Source: Opitutales bacterium (GTDB lineage Bacteria; Verrucomicrobiota; Verrucomicrobiia; Opitutales; PNEW01). Taken from it: a DNA stretch of 64,000 nt. Location: positions 1,024,001-1,088,000 of the forward strand of contig CBDANS010000007.1 of the NCBI GenBank assembly GCA_965197745.1, read 5' to 3'. The notes under the pieces were generated by a model. The model did no database searches. It had not been told where the DNA came from and saw only the letters and a program-made list of their open reading frames with translations. The translations under genes and the position numbers were made by a program. This document shows positions 10,438 through 22,248 of the stretch, piece after piece (position 1 is the first letter of the stretch; every line of letters begins with the position of its first letter).

Positions 10438-11385
10438 ATGGGTAACTCAAAAAAAATTAAATGTGGGGTTGTCGGTGTAGGCTACCTTGGCCAGCACCAT
10501 GCTCGAATTTACAATGAGTTGCCCGACTGTGAATTTTTGGGAGTCTATGATATTGATAAGGATCGCGCCCGAAAAATTGAAAAAAAATTTAAATGCGAAA
10601 ACTTCACCTCATTGGAGAAACTGGGAGATTCCTGTGATGCGGTAAGTGTGGTCGTCCCTACCGACAGCCATTGTTCCGTCGCCTTAGCATTATTGCAATC
10701 GGACTGTCATCTCCTCATTGAAAAACCGCTTTGCTCAGGTATAGATGAAGCAGAAAAAATACTTACTGCCGCGAAGAGAGCCAATACGGTTGTGCAGGTT
10801 GGTCATGTCGAGCATTTTAATCCCGTTATGACATTTCTCGAAAACGCGGTGAATGATCCAAAATATATAACCGCGGACCGTCTCGCCCCCTTTAATAAGC
10901 GTGGCACCGAAGTCGGAGTCGTCCTTGATCTAATGATTCATGATATCAGCATCATTCTTGAACTGGTGAAATCACCGGTAAAAAAAGTGGATAGTATTGG
11001 GGTTAGCGTATTATCAACAAGTGAAGATATTGCCAATGCCCGGATTACCTTTGAAAATGGTTGTGTTGCAAATATCAACACGAGCCGGGTCAGCCGGAAA
11101 AAAGTACGGGAGATACGGGTGTTTCAACCCAATGCCTACCTCTCGCTTGATTTTATGAATCAAAAAGGACACTTATTGCGCAAGGAGGGGCTGCGACTGG
11201 AAAAGGAGAAGATACCCATAGCTAAAGGCGAGCCCCTGATGTTGGAACTGGATGATTTTATAAATTGTGTGGCGAGCTACAAGGAACCGAAAGTTGGCGC
11301 CATTCTCGGAAAATCCGCTCTCGAAATTGCGATTTTGATAACCGAGCAAATACATAAGATGGATGTCATTGGCGAATCAAAGTAA
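10438..11385 (+). CDS. Gfo/Idh/MocA family oxidoreductase (possibly GnnA-like, lipid A pathway context)
   Basis: GVVGVGYLGQHHAR, IEKP, GHVEHFNP, DLMIHD; directly upstream of lpxB. Confidence 0.88.
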   Translation: MGNSKKIKCGVVGVGYLGQHHARIYNELPDCEFLGVYDIDKDRARKIEKKFKCENFTSLEKLGDSCDAVSVVVPTDSHCSVALALLQSDCHLLIEKPLCSGIDEAEKILTAAKRANTVVQVGHVEHFNPVMTFLENAVNDPKYITADRLAPFNKRGTEVGVVLDLMIHDISIILELVKSPVKKVDSIGVSVLSTSEDIANARITFENGCVANINTSRVSRKKVREIRVFQPNAYLSLDFMNQKGHLLRKEGLRLEKEKIPIAKGEPLMLELDDFINCVASYKEPKVGAILGKSALEIAILITEQIHKMDVIGESK

Positions 11386-11408
11386 ATGCCCGTAAAGCGA
11401 TCGCTAAT

Positions 11409-12605
11409 ATGACCGAAAAGCCCGCATATCCATTAGGATTGCCACCGCCTGAGGTTGAAAAACCGGACCTTTTAGTAATTGCCGGCGAGCATTCCGGTGA
11501 CCAGCACGCCTCCCTTATGGTAGCTGAGCTCAAAGATCAAAATCCCGATGTAAATATTGTCGCATTGGGCGGTGCCGGGCTTGAGCAGGCAGGCGCTCAA
11601 TTACTATTTAACTTAACCCATTATTCTGTAGTGGGTTTTCTAGAAGTTGTGAAAAGCTATGCTTTTTTCAAGGAGCTGTTTGAGGCTCTGATTAAATGGA
11701 TAAAAAAATATAAACCGCGTCATATCTGTTTGGTCGATTACCCGGGATTTAATTTAAGGTTGGCCGAACGGTTATTTCGGGAAAAAGTAAGTCGAAAAAG
11801 CGGAGGAGATGTGGGGGTCCACTATTATATCAGCCCTCAAATATGGGCTTGGAAGTCCGAGCGGCGTTTCAAAATGGCGCGCTTTCTCGATGGGTTGGGC
11901 CTTATCTTTCCGTTTGAGTTAGATATCTATAAGGACACGCGTTTACCCGTTCGTTTTGTCGGTCATCCTTTTGTCTCACCTGACTATCAGCTTCCGGTTG
12001 CGTATGAGGCTGACGCTCCCGTCTTATTACTCCCTGGCAGCAGACGTATTGCCGTCTCACATATTCTTCCGCCGATGGTGGATGCTTTTGCGCTCTTGTT
12101 GGAACACCGGCCTCATGAACGTGCGATTATCATTTATCCAAGCGATGAAATACGAAGTGTAATTGAAGGTATTATTTCAAAGAAGGGTAAGGCAGCCAGC
12201 CATATAGACCTCCGAATGATTGGTCACAATGTGAAAGGCAAAGCGGCATTGACGAGTTCCGGTACGATATCACTGGCCTGTGGACTCGCGGGTATTCCCG
12301 GGGCTATTGTTTATCGAGCGCATACACTCACCTATTGGTTTGCCCGGTTTCTTATTCGCGTTCCATATCTCGGTATTGCCAATCTCCTCCTGGAAAGACC
12401 GTTCTATAAAGAGTATATTCAAGGTCGTGTCACACCCAATCGTTTGGTCAGGGACCTGGAGGAAGCGATTGGTTCAGAAGAAAGAATCAGCGCCGCGCAA
12501 ATTGCCGCTCAACAGTTGCAAGAAATTTTAAGCAGCAAGAGCAGTGAATCAGCCGCTACCTGGATATCAGAACAGATGATAGGCGATCAGGATGTGGTTC
12601 CCTGA
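11409..12605 (+). CDS. lpxB: Lipid-A-disaccharide synthase
   Basis: AGEHSGD, VDYPGFN, YISPQIWAW, FPFE, FVGHP, LLPGSR. Confidence 0.95.
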   Translation: MTEKPAYPLGLPPPEVEKPDLLVIAGEHSGDQHASLMVAELKDQNPDVNIVALGGAGLEQAGAQLLFNLTHYSVVGFLEVVKSYAFFKELFEALIKWIKKYKPRHICLVDYPGFNLRLAERLFREKVSRKSGGDVGVHYYISPQIWAWKSERRFKMARFLDGLGLIFPFELDIYKDTRLPVRFVGHPFVSPDYQLPVAYEADAPVLLLPGSRRIAVSHILPPMVDAFALLLEHRPHERAIIIYPSDEIRSVIEGIISKKGKAASHIDLRMIGHNVKGKAALTSSGTISLACGLAGIPGAIVYRAHTLTYWFARFLIRVPYLGIANLLLERPFYKEYIQGRVTPNRLVRDLEEAIGSEERISAAQIAAQQLQEILSSKSSESAATWISEQMIGDQDVVP

Positions 12606-13630
12606 TGGTTAAAGCCGAGCCATAAGGATTTTGATTTTTCATGGAGATATTGACGGCATCGGTCAATCTCAGCGGTGCGTGACTTAATATTTTCGTTAGC
12701 AATTTCTGATAAATCATCGAGGTTATAGAGAAAAACATTGGGGATATTCGCGACACGGATATCGATATCGCGCGGCATTGCCAGATCTATGAGAAACATT
12801 GGCCGATCGGGTCGCTCTCTTATCGCAGATTCAATAGTCGAAAATGAAATAATGGGCTCAGTTGATGCCGTCGAACATATGATTATATCGAAGGAGGTAA
12901 GTGTTTCGGGGTATTCTTCAAACAATATTGCCTGCCCTCCGATAGCGTTTGCAAGCGCTACAGCGTTATCGTGGGTACGGCTGGAAATAGCGATGGATCG
13001 GGCGCCACGGCTTTTAAGCGCTTTTAGTGTTTTTTCGCCTACTTCACCGGTGCCAATGACAAGGATCCGGCTAAGATTGAGATCGCCGAAAATGCGAAGG
13101 GCAAGATCAACCGCGACGTTGCCAATGCTTATCTGGCCTCGCCCTATGGCCGAGTTGCTCCGCACCCATTTAGCGGCCTGAAAGCTTTTTTGAAATAACC
13201 GGTGGAGAACCGGACCCACCGTTGATTTTTCCACCGCGGACTGATAAGAGCTTTTTACCTGACCGGTGATCTCCGTCTCGCCTACAATTTGTGAGTCGAT
13301 TCCTGATGATACTTCAAATAGATGATTGACCACATCGTGATTTACTTTCCAGAAGCTGTATTTCTTAAAGAGCTCGCGGTCGAAGTCATGAAATTTGCAA
13401 AAGTAGTGCTCAAGAGCATTTTTGATTTCATCATCATGAGAGACAGCATAAAGTTCTATTCGGTTACAGGTATTCAGAACCAGGCACTCCTTAAGAGTCT
13501 CGATTTCATTTAAACCTGAATAGAGGGAGGCCATCTTCTCTTCTCCGACGGTTATTTTTTCCCGGATTTCCAAGGGAGCAGAACGGTGGGTGCTGCCCAG
13601 TAGGAATAAGTTATCTCGAGTTTGGTTCAT
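12587..13630 (-). CDS. hemA: Glutamyl-tRNA reductase (short form, apparently lacking the C-terminal dimerisation domain)
   Basis: TCNRIE, SGIDSQIVGETEI.GQVK, GTGEVG, IDLAMPRDI; likely start 13630. Confidence 0.93.
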   Translation of the reverse strand: MNQTRDNLFLLGSTHRSAPLEIREKITVGEEKMASLYSGLNEIETLKECLVLNTCNRIELYAVSHDDEIKNALEHYFCKFHDFDRELFKKYSFWKVNHDVVNHLFEVSSGIDSQIVGETEITGQVKSSYQSAVEKSTVGPVLHRLFQKSFQAAKWVRSNSAIGRGQISIGNVAVDLALRIFGDLNLSRILVIGTGEVGEKTLKALKSRGARSIAISSRTHDNAVALANAIGGQAILFEEYPETLTSFDIIICSTASTEPIISFSTIESAIRERPDRPMFLIDLAMPRDIDIRVANIPNVFLYNLDDLSEIANENIKSRTAEIDRCRQYLHEKSKSLWLGFNHQGTTS

Positions 13631-13637
13631 GATCTCG

Positions 13638-14486
13638 TCAGGGTACTTGAACAGATGATTGTTTCTCATCGAATGCCCTGCTTGATTCAATGGGCCACAG
13701 TGATAACAGTGCGGCGGTAAAGAGGACAAGGCAGGTCCAGGCAAAATTATTACTGAGTAAACGGTTGAGTTTTCTCAGGACCAAAACGATGAGGTATGCC
13801 AACCAGACAGCCAGGGTGATAATTAATTTTGGGTTTTGAATTTGCCCGACTTCTCCGACCCAATTGACGATACCTACGATGAGAGCAAAAGTGAGGACGA
13901 CAACGCCGGTGAATAAGAGTCGATTATTCATGTGGTCTAATTGCAGGATAGAGGGTAAATAAATAAACATACCCTTAAATCGTTTGTGTTTAAGACCGTA
14001 ATTCTGGACAAGATACATCATTGACGTTAGGGTGAGTGTGGCGAAGACACCATAGCTGAAAATAGCCATTGAGGCATGCGTTTCAATCCAGGGATTGTTA
14101 CCGAAGGCACTGGTGTCGTACGGGTAGTCCCATTTTTTAACGAGCAATGAGATTATTCCCAGTGTTGATGCCAGGCCCGCACTGAAAAACCCGAGCAAGC
14201 TCATGCGGAAAGCCGGTCCAATAACCAGATAGATAAGAATGATCGTCCAGGATATAAATTGAATTATTTCGAAAGGATTCCCCAGCGGACAGCTACCTGT
14301 TTCCAAACCACGTTGGTAAAGCCCCAAATTTTGGAAAATAAATCCGGTTACAATAAGCGTGAGGAGGATTATGTGGGAATAACGTTTAGACCTCGCGAGG
14401 GCAATAAGTCCGAAAATAAAGGCAAGACTAAAAGAAAGATTGGCAGTCCAGATCAGGAGTCGTTCATCTGTAGCGAGAAAGTTCAT
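13638..14486 (-). CDS. Cytochrome c biogenesis CcsA/HemX-like membrane protein
   Basis: About 8 hydrophobic helices, WIETH, LPSILQLD; sits next to hemA. Confidence 0.82.
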   Translation of the reverse strand: MNFLATDERLLIWTANLSFSLAFIFGLIALARSKRYSHIILLTLIVTGFIFQNLGLYQRGLETGSCPLGNPFEIIQFISWTIILIYLVIGPAFRMSLLGFFSAGLASTLGIISLLVKKWDYPYDTSAFGNNPWIETHASMAIFSYGVFATLTLTSMMYLVQNYGLKHKRFKGMFIYLPSILQLDHMNNRLLFTGVVVLTFALIVGIVNWVGEVGQIQNPKLIITLAVWLAYLIVLVLRKLNRLLSNNFAWTCLVLFTAALLSLWPIESSRAFDEKQSSVQVP

Positions 14487-14529
14487 TTCAATATTTTGGC
14501 TGGAGCGATAAATTAATGAAAGTTATAAA

Positions 14530-15549
14530 TCAATTATCATCCCGGTCCCATTGGTTAATTTTATCCGCTAAATATTGAATAAAAGCCGGATGGTTGTTCA
14601 GGCAGGGGATGAGTTCCAGATTCCCGCCACCTGATTCTTTAAATAGTTTTTTTCCATCGATAGCAATTTCCTCAAGTGTTTCCAGACAGTCGGACACGAA
14701 AGCCGGGCACATGACCAGAACATTTTTCAAACCCATTTGACCCAATTTTTTTATCATTTCGTCGGTAAAGGGCTGCAGCCAGGGTTCACGCCCCAAGCGG
14801 GATTGAAACGAGAGACAGTACTTATGCGATTGCAGGTTCAAACCTTTAACAAACAACTCCACGGTTTTAAAACATTGGTGACGATAACAGGTAGCATGAA
14901 CCGAATTATCAACTTTGCAACAATCCGGTTCCATTAAGCAGTGACGGTGTGATAAATCCGCCTTTCTTATATGCCTCTCAGGCAATCCATGGAAACTGAA
15001 AATGACTTTGTCATAGTCCTTTTGCAGGTAGGGTAGAGCATTCTCGATAAGGGCATTGATATAATCGGGGTCATTGTAGAATGGTGATAGCAGGGTAGTA
15101 TGCATTTCAGGTTTATGGCGCGCGATTTCCTCCTTTACTCTAACGGCGACGGTTTCATAGCTGGACATGGCGTACTGGGGATAGAGAGGCATGATGAAAA
15201 TATTAACAATGCCTTGATCTACCAGGTCAGCTATAACATCCTTGATTGCGGGTTTTCCATATCGCATCGCTGATACCACGGGGATGTTAACTTTTTCCGC
15301 CACATTATTTTTTTGCTCCCGGCTGATAATGAGAAGAGGGGAACCTTCCGGTTGCCATATCCTACGATAGGCTGCCGCGGTTTTTGGGGGTCGAAAGGGA
15401 AGTATAAATAAATTTACTATCAAGCCGCGAAGCGGTGAATCAATTACCCTGGGGTCTGTGAGAAACTCTCTTAAGTAGCGTCTAACGTCTCCGACATCTG
15501 TTGAATCGGGAGATCCTAAATTCAGCAATAAGGCTGCTTTTTTTGACAT
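14530..15549 (-). CDS. hemH: Ferrochelatase
   Basis: LLNLGSP, PLYPQY, FSFHGLP, FQSRLGREPWLQP, FVSDCLETLEEI. Confidence 0.96.
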   Translation of the reverse strand: MSKKAALLLNLGSPDSTDVGDVRRYLREFLTDPRVIDSPLRGLIVNLFILPFRPPKTAAAYRRIWQPEGSPLLIISREQKNNVAEKVNIPVVSAMRYGKPAIKDVIADLVDQGIVNIFIMPLYPQYAMSSYETVAVRVKEEIARHKPEMHTTLLSPFYNDPDYINALIENALPYLQKDYDKVIFSFHGLPERHIRKADLSHRHCLMEPDCCKVDNSVHATCYRHQCFKTVELFVKGLNLQSHKYCLSFQSRLGREPWLQPFTDEMIKKLGQMGLKNVLVMCPAFVSDCLETLEEIAIDGKKLFKESGGGNLELIPCLNNHPAFIQYLADKINQWDRDDN

Positions 15550-15904
15550 GAACTGAACTGATTATCGCGATCTCTTCAAGATTAACACGCGGATCGCGTC
15601 ACAATATAAATGAGAGGTCACTGTAATGCGCAGAAATGTGTCATCACGCAGCCCCTGAAGTCAAGTACGGCTTATCTCAATAAATGAAAAGGAATAAAAG
15701 TTAGTTGGCACTTATGACCCACGAGTGGGTCATAATAAATTGATCCCATACCCTATTAAACCATAAGCAAAATGGGGGGAGAAAGAAGAACTCGTTTTAT
15801 AGCAGGCTTTGATATACACTACTCTTCAATTATAAACATAATTCGCTGACACGTGAGTGAGATGGAAATTCAGGTTATGACCTGCCCGTAAAGTTAATTT
15901 ATAT

Positions 15905-18900
15905 ATGCAACGTTTATTCTATCATTGGGGTGCGTTCATTGTATTGACGTTTATTGGATTAGGATCAATAGCGAGTCTATGGTTTCTGAGCCAGGAAAAG
16001 AGCGAAGCGGTCACTGAAAAAAATACTGCTGCCAAGAGCCCGGTGTCAGCAGTTGATCAGGGAGCCATCAATAGTCAGGGGATTGACGGTATTGCCGATC
16101 AAAGTAATTCCGATAATCGAGCAGCCTTTATAAGACCTCAGCGGTCAACTGTGGATAATATTTCAGAATCCTGGCCTGACGCCGAGCACCTGCTGGAGGA
16201 AGTGTCAAAACCGGATGAGAACGGACATTATCGACGCATCACCATACTTCAACCTAGAGATTTGCCCTACAAAGTACGTATCGAAAAAAAAATTGGCATC
16301 GACCCGGTGACAGGTGAAGAAAAGATACTAAGCGAAAATGAAATGGTGGCTGATCAGGTTATCATTAAGTTAAAGCCGGGCCAATCAGAGGGAGCAATAG
16401 CGGACGTGATCTCAGATCTTGGAGGGGTGCTTCACCACCCCTTTCAGGATTGCGATTTTATGATAGTAAAGCTGCGTGATCTCAAAATCGAAGCAGTCCC
16501 CAATGCTCTAGAGGTTCTATTAAGCCATAGGGAAACACTTGAATATGTTGAACCCGACTACATTGTTCGCGGGGCTGTATTGCCTGATGACCCACGATTT
16601 GTCGACGGCTCTCAATGGGGATTAAATAACATCGGTCAGAAAGGAGGTGTTGATGACGCTGATATTGATGCCCCGGAAGGTTGGGAGATTAAACATGATG
16701 CCAGCGATGTAATCGTTGCGGTTATTGATTCAGGCACTCGTTACACACATGAAGATCTGGCCGAGAATATGTGGGTAAATACGGGGGAAATTCCGAATGA
16801 TGGTATTGATAACGACGGTAACGGGGTGAAAGACGATGTTTTCGGTTTGAACAGTATAGAAGACACCGGTGACCCCAATGATGACAATGGCCACGGCACA
16901 CTCGTTGCAGGAATTATCGGGGCCATTGGTGACAATGGGATCGGGGTTACCGGTATTGCCTGGAGGACTCAATTAATGGCATTAAAATTTCTTAGCGAGG
17001 ATGGTAATGGGGTAGTATCCGATGCGGTTGAATGTATTCATTATGGCCGCAGGCATGGCGCACAGATTATGAACGCCAGTTGGTCGGGCGGCGGTTTCTC
17101 CCTTACACTGCTTAACGCCATAGAAAACACACGCAATTCCGGTATATTATTTGTCACGGCTGCTGGAAATTTTTCCAGTGATAATGACATCGTCCCCCTA
17201 TTCCCGGCTAATTACTTCCTTGATAATATTGTCAGTGTAGCGAGCACGACACGCGCTGATAATATTTCAGGTTTTTCAAATTTCGGAGAAAGTACCGTTG
17301 ACATTGCTGCGCCGGGATCTGCGATACTGACTACCTTTAACCGGAGTAATTCCGACTATGTTACGCGTAGCGGAACTTCCATGGCTACACCCTACGTAAG
17401 CGGTGTTCTTGCGCTTTTGAAATCAAATTATCCCGATGAAGACTACAGGACTCTGATCAACCGACTCCTCGCTGGAGGTGATAAAATCAATGAGACCGAA
17501 AATAAAGTTCGATCGAGTGCCCGGCTCAACCTTGCCACTTCACTTAACCTCGATCCTATACCGGAGCTCCCCGAATTTACCGAACCTTTAAGAACTCAGG
17601 TAGCAGGAGAAAATGGAAGTGTGGTTTTCAGGGTGGAGGTAAAAGGGGATCCCCCATTTATATACAGTTGGTCTAAGGACGGTCAGACTATTCCCGGGGC
17701 CACACAAAATTTCCTCATTGTCGATAATATCGATGTAAGCAAAGAAGGGATCTACAAAGTAAAAGTCTCCAATCCCTTTGGAAAAAACAGCAGTAGCGCG
17801 AATCTTTTTGTAGCTACCGTAAGGCCGGAATTGGCCTTAGCGCTGGATGCGCGGGAACATACCTGGCATAGCGTGGGCTTTGCCCTTTGGCTGAGTCAGC
17901 CCGATGTCACTCGTGATGGAATTGATGCGGACGCAAGCGGATTAATCTCGGACAATCTTATCACCCAATTTCAGACGACCATTAATGGACCCGGCACCGC
18001 CTCATTTTGGTGGCGATCTTCTTCAGAGGTACTCTATGATTTTCTTCGTTTTGCCATCGATGGTGAGCAGCAAATATCTATTTCAGGAATCAATGATTGG
18101 AGCCAGGAAGTCATTTCTTTAACCGAGGGTGAACATGTATTAGCCTGGAGCTACACCAAGGATGGAAGCTTATCCATTGGAGATGACCGAGGTTATGTTG
18201 ATAATTTTGTTTTCAGCCCTGAAGATTCCATAGCGCCGGTCATCGTTTCAATAACCGAGAACAAAGTAATACCACCCGGCTCAAATGTCGGTTTTAAAGT
18301 CGTGGCGACGGGAACCCCTTCCCTCCGGTATCAATGGGAAAAAGATGGAGTACGCTTAGCAGGGGAGACGCAGACGCAGTTAAATCTTACTGAGGTTTCA
18401 TTTTCTGATTCTGGTATTTATCGAGTGGAAGTTTCTACCCCATCAGCTTCAATCTTGAGTGATGCATTTAACCTTACCATTCAAGATTCGGACAATGCCC
18501 TGTCACTGGCATTGGATAATGAAACAACACCCTGGAGTAGTGGTGGCAGCAATCAATGGTTTAACCAGTCTACCGTTGCCCTTGATGGGGTCGACGCTTT
18601 GCAGAGTGGCAACATTTCTGATAGTGAGACTTCATTTTTTAATACTGCCGTAACCGGGCCTGGAGTAGCCTCATTTTATTGGAAAGTATCTTCCGAAGCG
18701 GGTAATGACGTCCTGAGCTTTTTTATTGATGACACGCTTCAAGAATCAATTTCTGGAAATATTGATTGGAAGCAGGTTAATTTCGCTGTTCCTGCCGGAG
18801 CACAAATTCTGCGATGGGAATATGAGAAAAATGATAGCATTTCGGAAGGCACCGATGCGGGATGGGTAGACCAGTTTCAATTCCAATCAACAGATCCCGA

Positions 18901-20387
18901 ATTACCGGTTATCATTCGACAACCGATCAATACTCTGTCCACAGAAGGTGATAGTGTGCGATTTACGGTTAATGCATCCGGGCAGCAGCCTTTAAATTAT
19001 AAGTGGCGCAAGGATGGATTCGATCTACCCGGAGAAACAGGTGAAGAACTGAACCTTATTTCGGTAAATTCATCTGACGCAGGTATTTTTTCCGTTCAAA
19101 TAGCTAACGATTTTGGAAGGGTCATAAGTGATCAGGTATCACTCGTTGTGTTTAAAAGTGGAGATCCCTTAGGGCAAGCGCTTGAGCTCTTTAATCCTTC
19201 TCTAAGCACGTGAGGGAACAATGACTGGTTCCCCCAGGCGATCATTAATCGGGATGGTGAAGATGCCCTCCAAAGCGGACCAATAGAAGATGGCCAGTTC
19301 TCTGAGTTCAGCTTAAATTTAGAGGGACCGCGCACCTTGTCATTCTGGTGGAGAGTATCATCTGAAGAGGGACGCGATTTTCTCCGCTTATATTTTAATA
19401 ACGATCTAAGAGCCGAGATTTCGGGGCTGATGGATTGGCAGCAACGCCATATACCCATTCCAGCCGGTTTGCATGAACTACGCTGGGTGTATGAGAAAGA
19501 TTTCAGTGGATCGAAAGGATTAGATACGGCATGGGTGGATACTCTTTCTTTTGCCCCGGTTTCTGAGACATTTAATCCCGCCCTCGATACATTGGGACTG
19601 GTTTGGAATACAGATGGTGATGCCTCCTGGTTTCAGCAGGAAATAATAACTTTCGACGGAGAAGATGCTTTGCAGAGTGGAAATATATCCGATGGCGAAG
19701 AGACATGGGCAGAGACTACCGTTTTGGGTCCCGGGACCCTTGCTTTCTGGTGGCGCGTAGAGTCAGAGCCGGAAAATGATACGCTTGGCTTTTACTTTGA
19801 TGATGAACTGATTGAAGAAATTTCAGGAAACAGCGGGTGGCAGCGTAAAAGTTACAGTTTTGGAAAAGGCGCTCATAACCTGCGCTGGCGCTATGCTAAA
19901 AACGCATCAATTAGCAAGGGGTTGGACGGCGGTTGGCTGGACCAGGTAGTCTATGTCGGTGCGGTCAGACCATTTGATGCCTGGCGCGCGGAGCATTTTA
20001 CGGCATCCGAACTAAATGATGATATGATCAGCGGTAATTTTGCAGACGCAGATAATGATGGAGTGGCAAATATCCTGGAGTATGCAGTAGGTCAGAATCC
20101 GCGTCTGTCTGACAGGTTTGGACTGCCAACCGTTGCGGCCATAGATGTCAATGGTTTGAACTATTTAACCCTGACCTATCAACGCAACAAGTTGGCAACT
20201 GATATAATTTATAGCATAGAAGTCTCGAGTGATCTCATAGAATGGGATTCATCATCAACTGCGACCCGTCGAAGTCGGTGTGACAAATCTCGATAATCAG
20301 TCAGAGCTGGTCGTTGTGCGTGACACCGTATCAATTGATTCAGTCTCAAAGCGCTTTATGCGACTGCGGGCGAAAGCGCTTGATTGA
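15905..20387 (+). pseudogene. S8 subtilase with Ig-like and repeated beta-sandwich domains; in-frame TGA at 19211-19213 and frameshift near 20266
   Basis: Triad motifs VIDSG, HGT, GTSMA. The frame continues past TGA (STxGNNDWF) into the 19337 ORF. Dropping one C at ACCCGT gives the tail ...VRDTVSIDSVSKRFMRLRAKALD*. Confidence 0.85.
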
Positions 20388-20397
20388 TGGTTGAAGA

Positions 20398-20460
20398 AGT
20401 GAACAGTGAATAGTGAACAGTGAACAGTGGAAGAATGGAAGGATGGATGATTGGATGGGA
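20398..20460. repeat. Heptamer (AGTGAAY) and GGAAGAAT/GGATGATT-type simple repeats
   Basis: agtgaac agtgaat agtgaac agtgaac, then ggaagaatggaaggatggatgattggatgg (also at about 9820-9850). Confidence 0.8.
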
Positions 20461-20658
20461 ATGATATCATTAATAATCTTCGTCTTCGCTTGCCACGGCG
20501 TAGTCCCGCAATCGCGGGGCGAAGACGGGTCTGCCTTGCTCACGTGAGCACGCTAATCGGATCGTCTTCGTCGCTTTATTTATTTACAATAATATTACGT
20601 GTTTATCCCCTTGACATACTTAAAAATATGTGGTATTGTTTATTTAGAAAGGTAAAAA

Positions 20659-21512
20659 ATGACAACGTTTTATAAATTCCAAAAGCAATTCCCAGACGAT
20701 AACGCGTGCTTGCATCAAATTATGATTTCTCGCTATGGGGGAACACGATTTGATTGCCCTAAATGTGAACATCCCAGCAAGTTTCACCGCATGAAGGAAC
20801 AAAGAAACTATGTTTGCCAAAGGTGCGGACATCATTTGTATCCATGTGTCGGCACTCCGTTTGAACGCTCTCGCACATCTTTGCATAAATGGTTTTATGC
20901 TATGTATCTGTTTGCCACATCCCGCCACGGGGTTGCCGCTAAGGAACTTCAACGGCAACTTGGCGTAACTTACAAAACAGCATGGCGTATGGCGCACGAA
21001 ATCCGCAAATATATGGCTGAGGTGGATGGGGAAAGTCCTTTGAGAGGTATTATAGAAACTGATGAGACTTATATTGGAGGAAAAAGCTCTGGAGGAAAAA
21101 GAGGACGAGGTGCCCTAACAAGACAGTAGTTTTCGGCATGTTGGAACGCGATGGGGAAGTAATGACCAAGGTTGTCCCTAATGTCAGAAAGCGAACTCTT
21201 CAACCAATTATGAAAGAAAATGTTGAACCTAAAAGCACTGTTCATACCGACGAACTTCGATCTTATTCTGGACTGGCCAAAGATGGTTATATCCACAAGA
21301 CTGTCGATCATGGATCGGGTGAATATGTAAAAGGTAATTGCCATGTCAACGGGATTGAGGGATTCTGGGCTCGTTTGAAGCTTTCGATTTGCGGGACGCA
21401 TGTTCATGTTTCTGGGAAGCACCTTTTGAAGTATGTAAAGGAGTTTGAGTATCGTTACAACCGCCGGAAGGCTCCCGCTTCGATTTTCGCTGATCTGGTG
21501 GCCTGCCTCTAA
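20659..21512 (+). pseudogene. IS1595-family (ISXO2-like) transposase, frameshifted near 21115
   Basis: CPKC...CQRC zinc ribbon, ETDETYIGG, HTDE, HVNGIEGFW, EFEYRYN; one base missing in G-A-(P)-N-K-T-V-V-F-G. Confidence 0.9.
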
Positions 21513-21550
21513 CGATCATCGCTTCTAGCAGAGCATTGAATCTGTTCATA

Positions 21551-22192
21551 TTATCCATCTTCTTGATTAGAGGTCGGCGGAGCATCCTGCCATTGTATCT
21601 CCGGAATGCCACCTTCTGCAGGATATTTAAGCAAAACCTTCTTTTGCCCGGTTAGAATGTAGGGCAACTTTTGTCCCTCTCGACCATATGATATCTTGAA
21701 CTTAATTAACCCTTCAATCATTTGTCCCAGCGGAAGTGATTCTAGTTTAATAAAATGGTCATCAAACCATGCATTAGAACGTGGGGGGATCGTGACCCTA
21801 TCTAGCTCGTATTTTTTCTTTGGCGGATAACATTCTCCTATCTGGGTTGAAACTTCTTGAATTTTTGAAACAATTGGAAACGATGCAAAATTGCGGACTT
21901 CTATACCTATACCTAGCTCTTTGATAACTTGTCCATTATCTGGTTTTTTAGCAATAACTCTAACTCCTGCAAATGAGAGCTTGTATTCTGGCGTAATTCG
22001 ATCTTTCCACTCACTAAATCGCAAGAGTCCAGTAACGGTCAGTGTAAACAGTGCCACCATACCAATGTAGAGGTAAAACAAGGGAATACCACTTAACCAT
22101 CCAATCACAGCACCGATCCCTGTAACCACTGTTGGGGTAATCAAACTGCGAACGATTTCCAGCAACGTTTCTTTTGCAAGAAATTTCCACAT
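21551..22192 (-). CDS. Hypothetical membrane protein (IS1595 passenger)
   Basis: 213-aa ORF with two N-terminal hydrophobic segments, lying inside the IS inverted repeats. Confidence 0.75.
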   Translation of the reverse strand: MWKFLAKETLLEIVRSLITPTVVTGIGAVIGWLSGIPLFYLYIGMVALFTLTVTGLLRFSEWKDRITPEYKLSFAGVRVIAKKPDNGQVIKELGIGIEVRNFASFPIVSKIQEVSTQIGECYPPKKKYELDRVTIPPRSNAWFDDHFIKLESLPLGQMIEGLIKFKISYGREGQKLPYILTGQKKVLLKYPAEGGIPEIQWQDAPPTSNQEDG

Positions 22193-22248
22193 AAGATTAT
22201 GTTAGATTTTATTACTAAGTATGTCAAGGGTATAAACACCTAATATTA

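Larger units (their letters stand above)
20598..22240 (+). mobile_element. IS1595-family element with passenger gene
   Basis: 25-bp terminal inverted repeats CGTGTTTATCCCCTTGACATACTTA / GGTGTTTATACCCTTGACATACTTA; 8-bp target duplication TAATATTA at 20590-20597 and 22241-22248. Confidence 0.92.

Noticed and set aside
19211..19213. Selenocysteine or programmed read-through at TGA
   Set aside because: Sibling repeats have no Cys at this position, the gene has a second lesion, and TGA is a normal stop elsewhere in the window.
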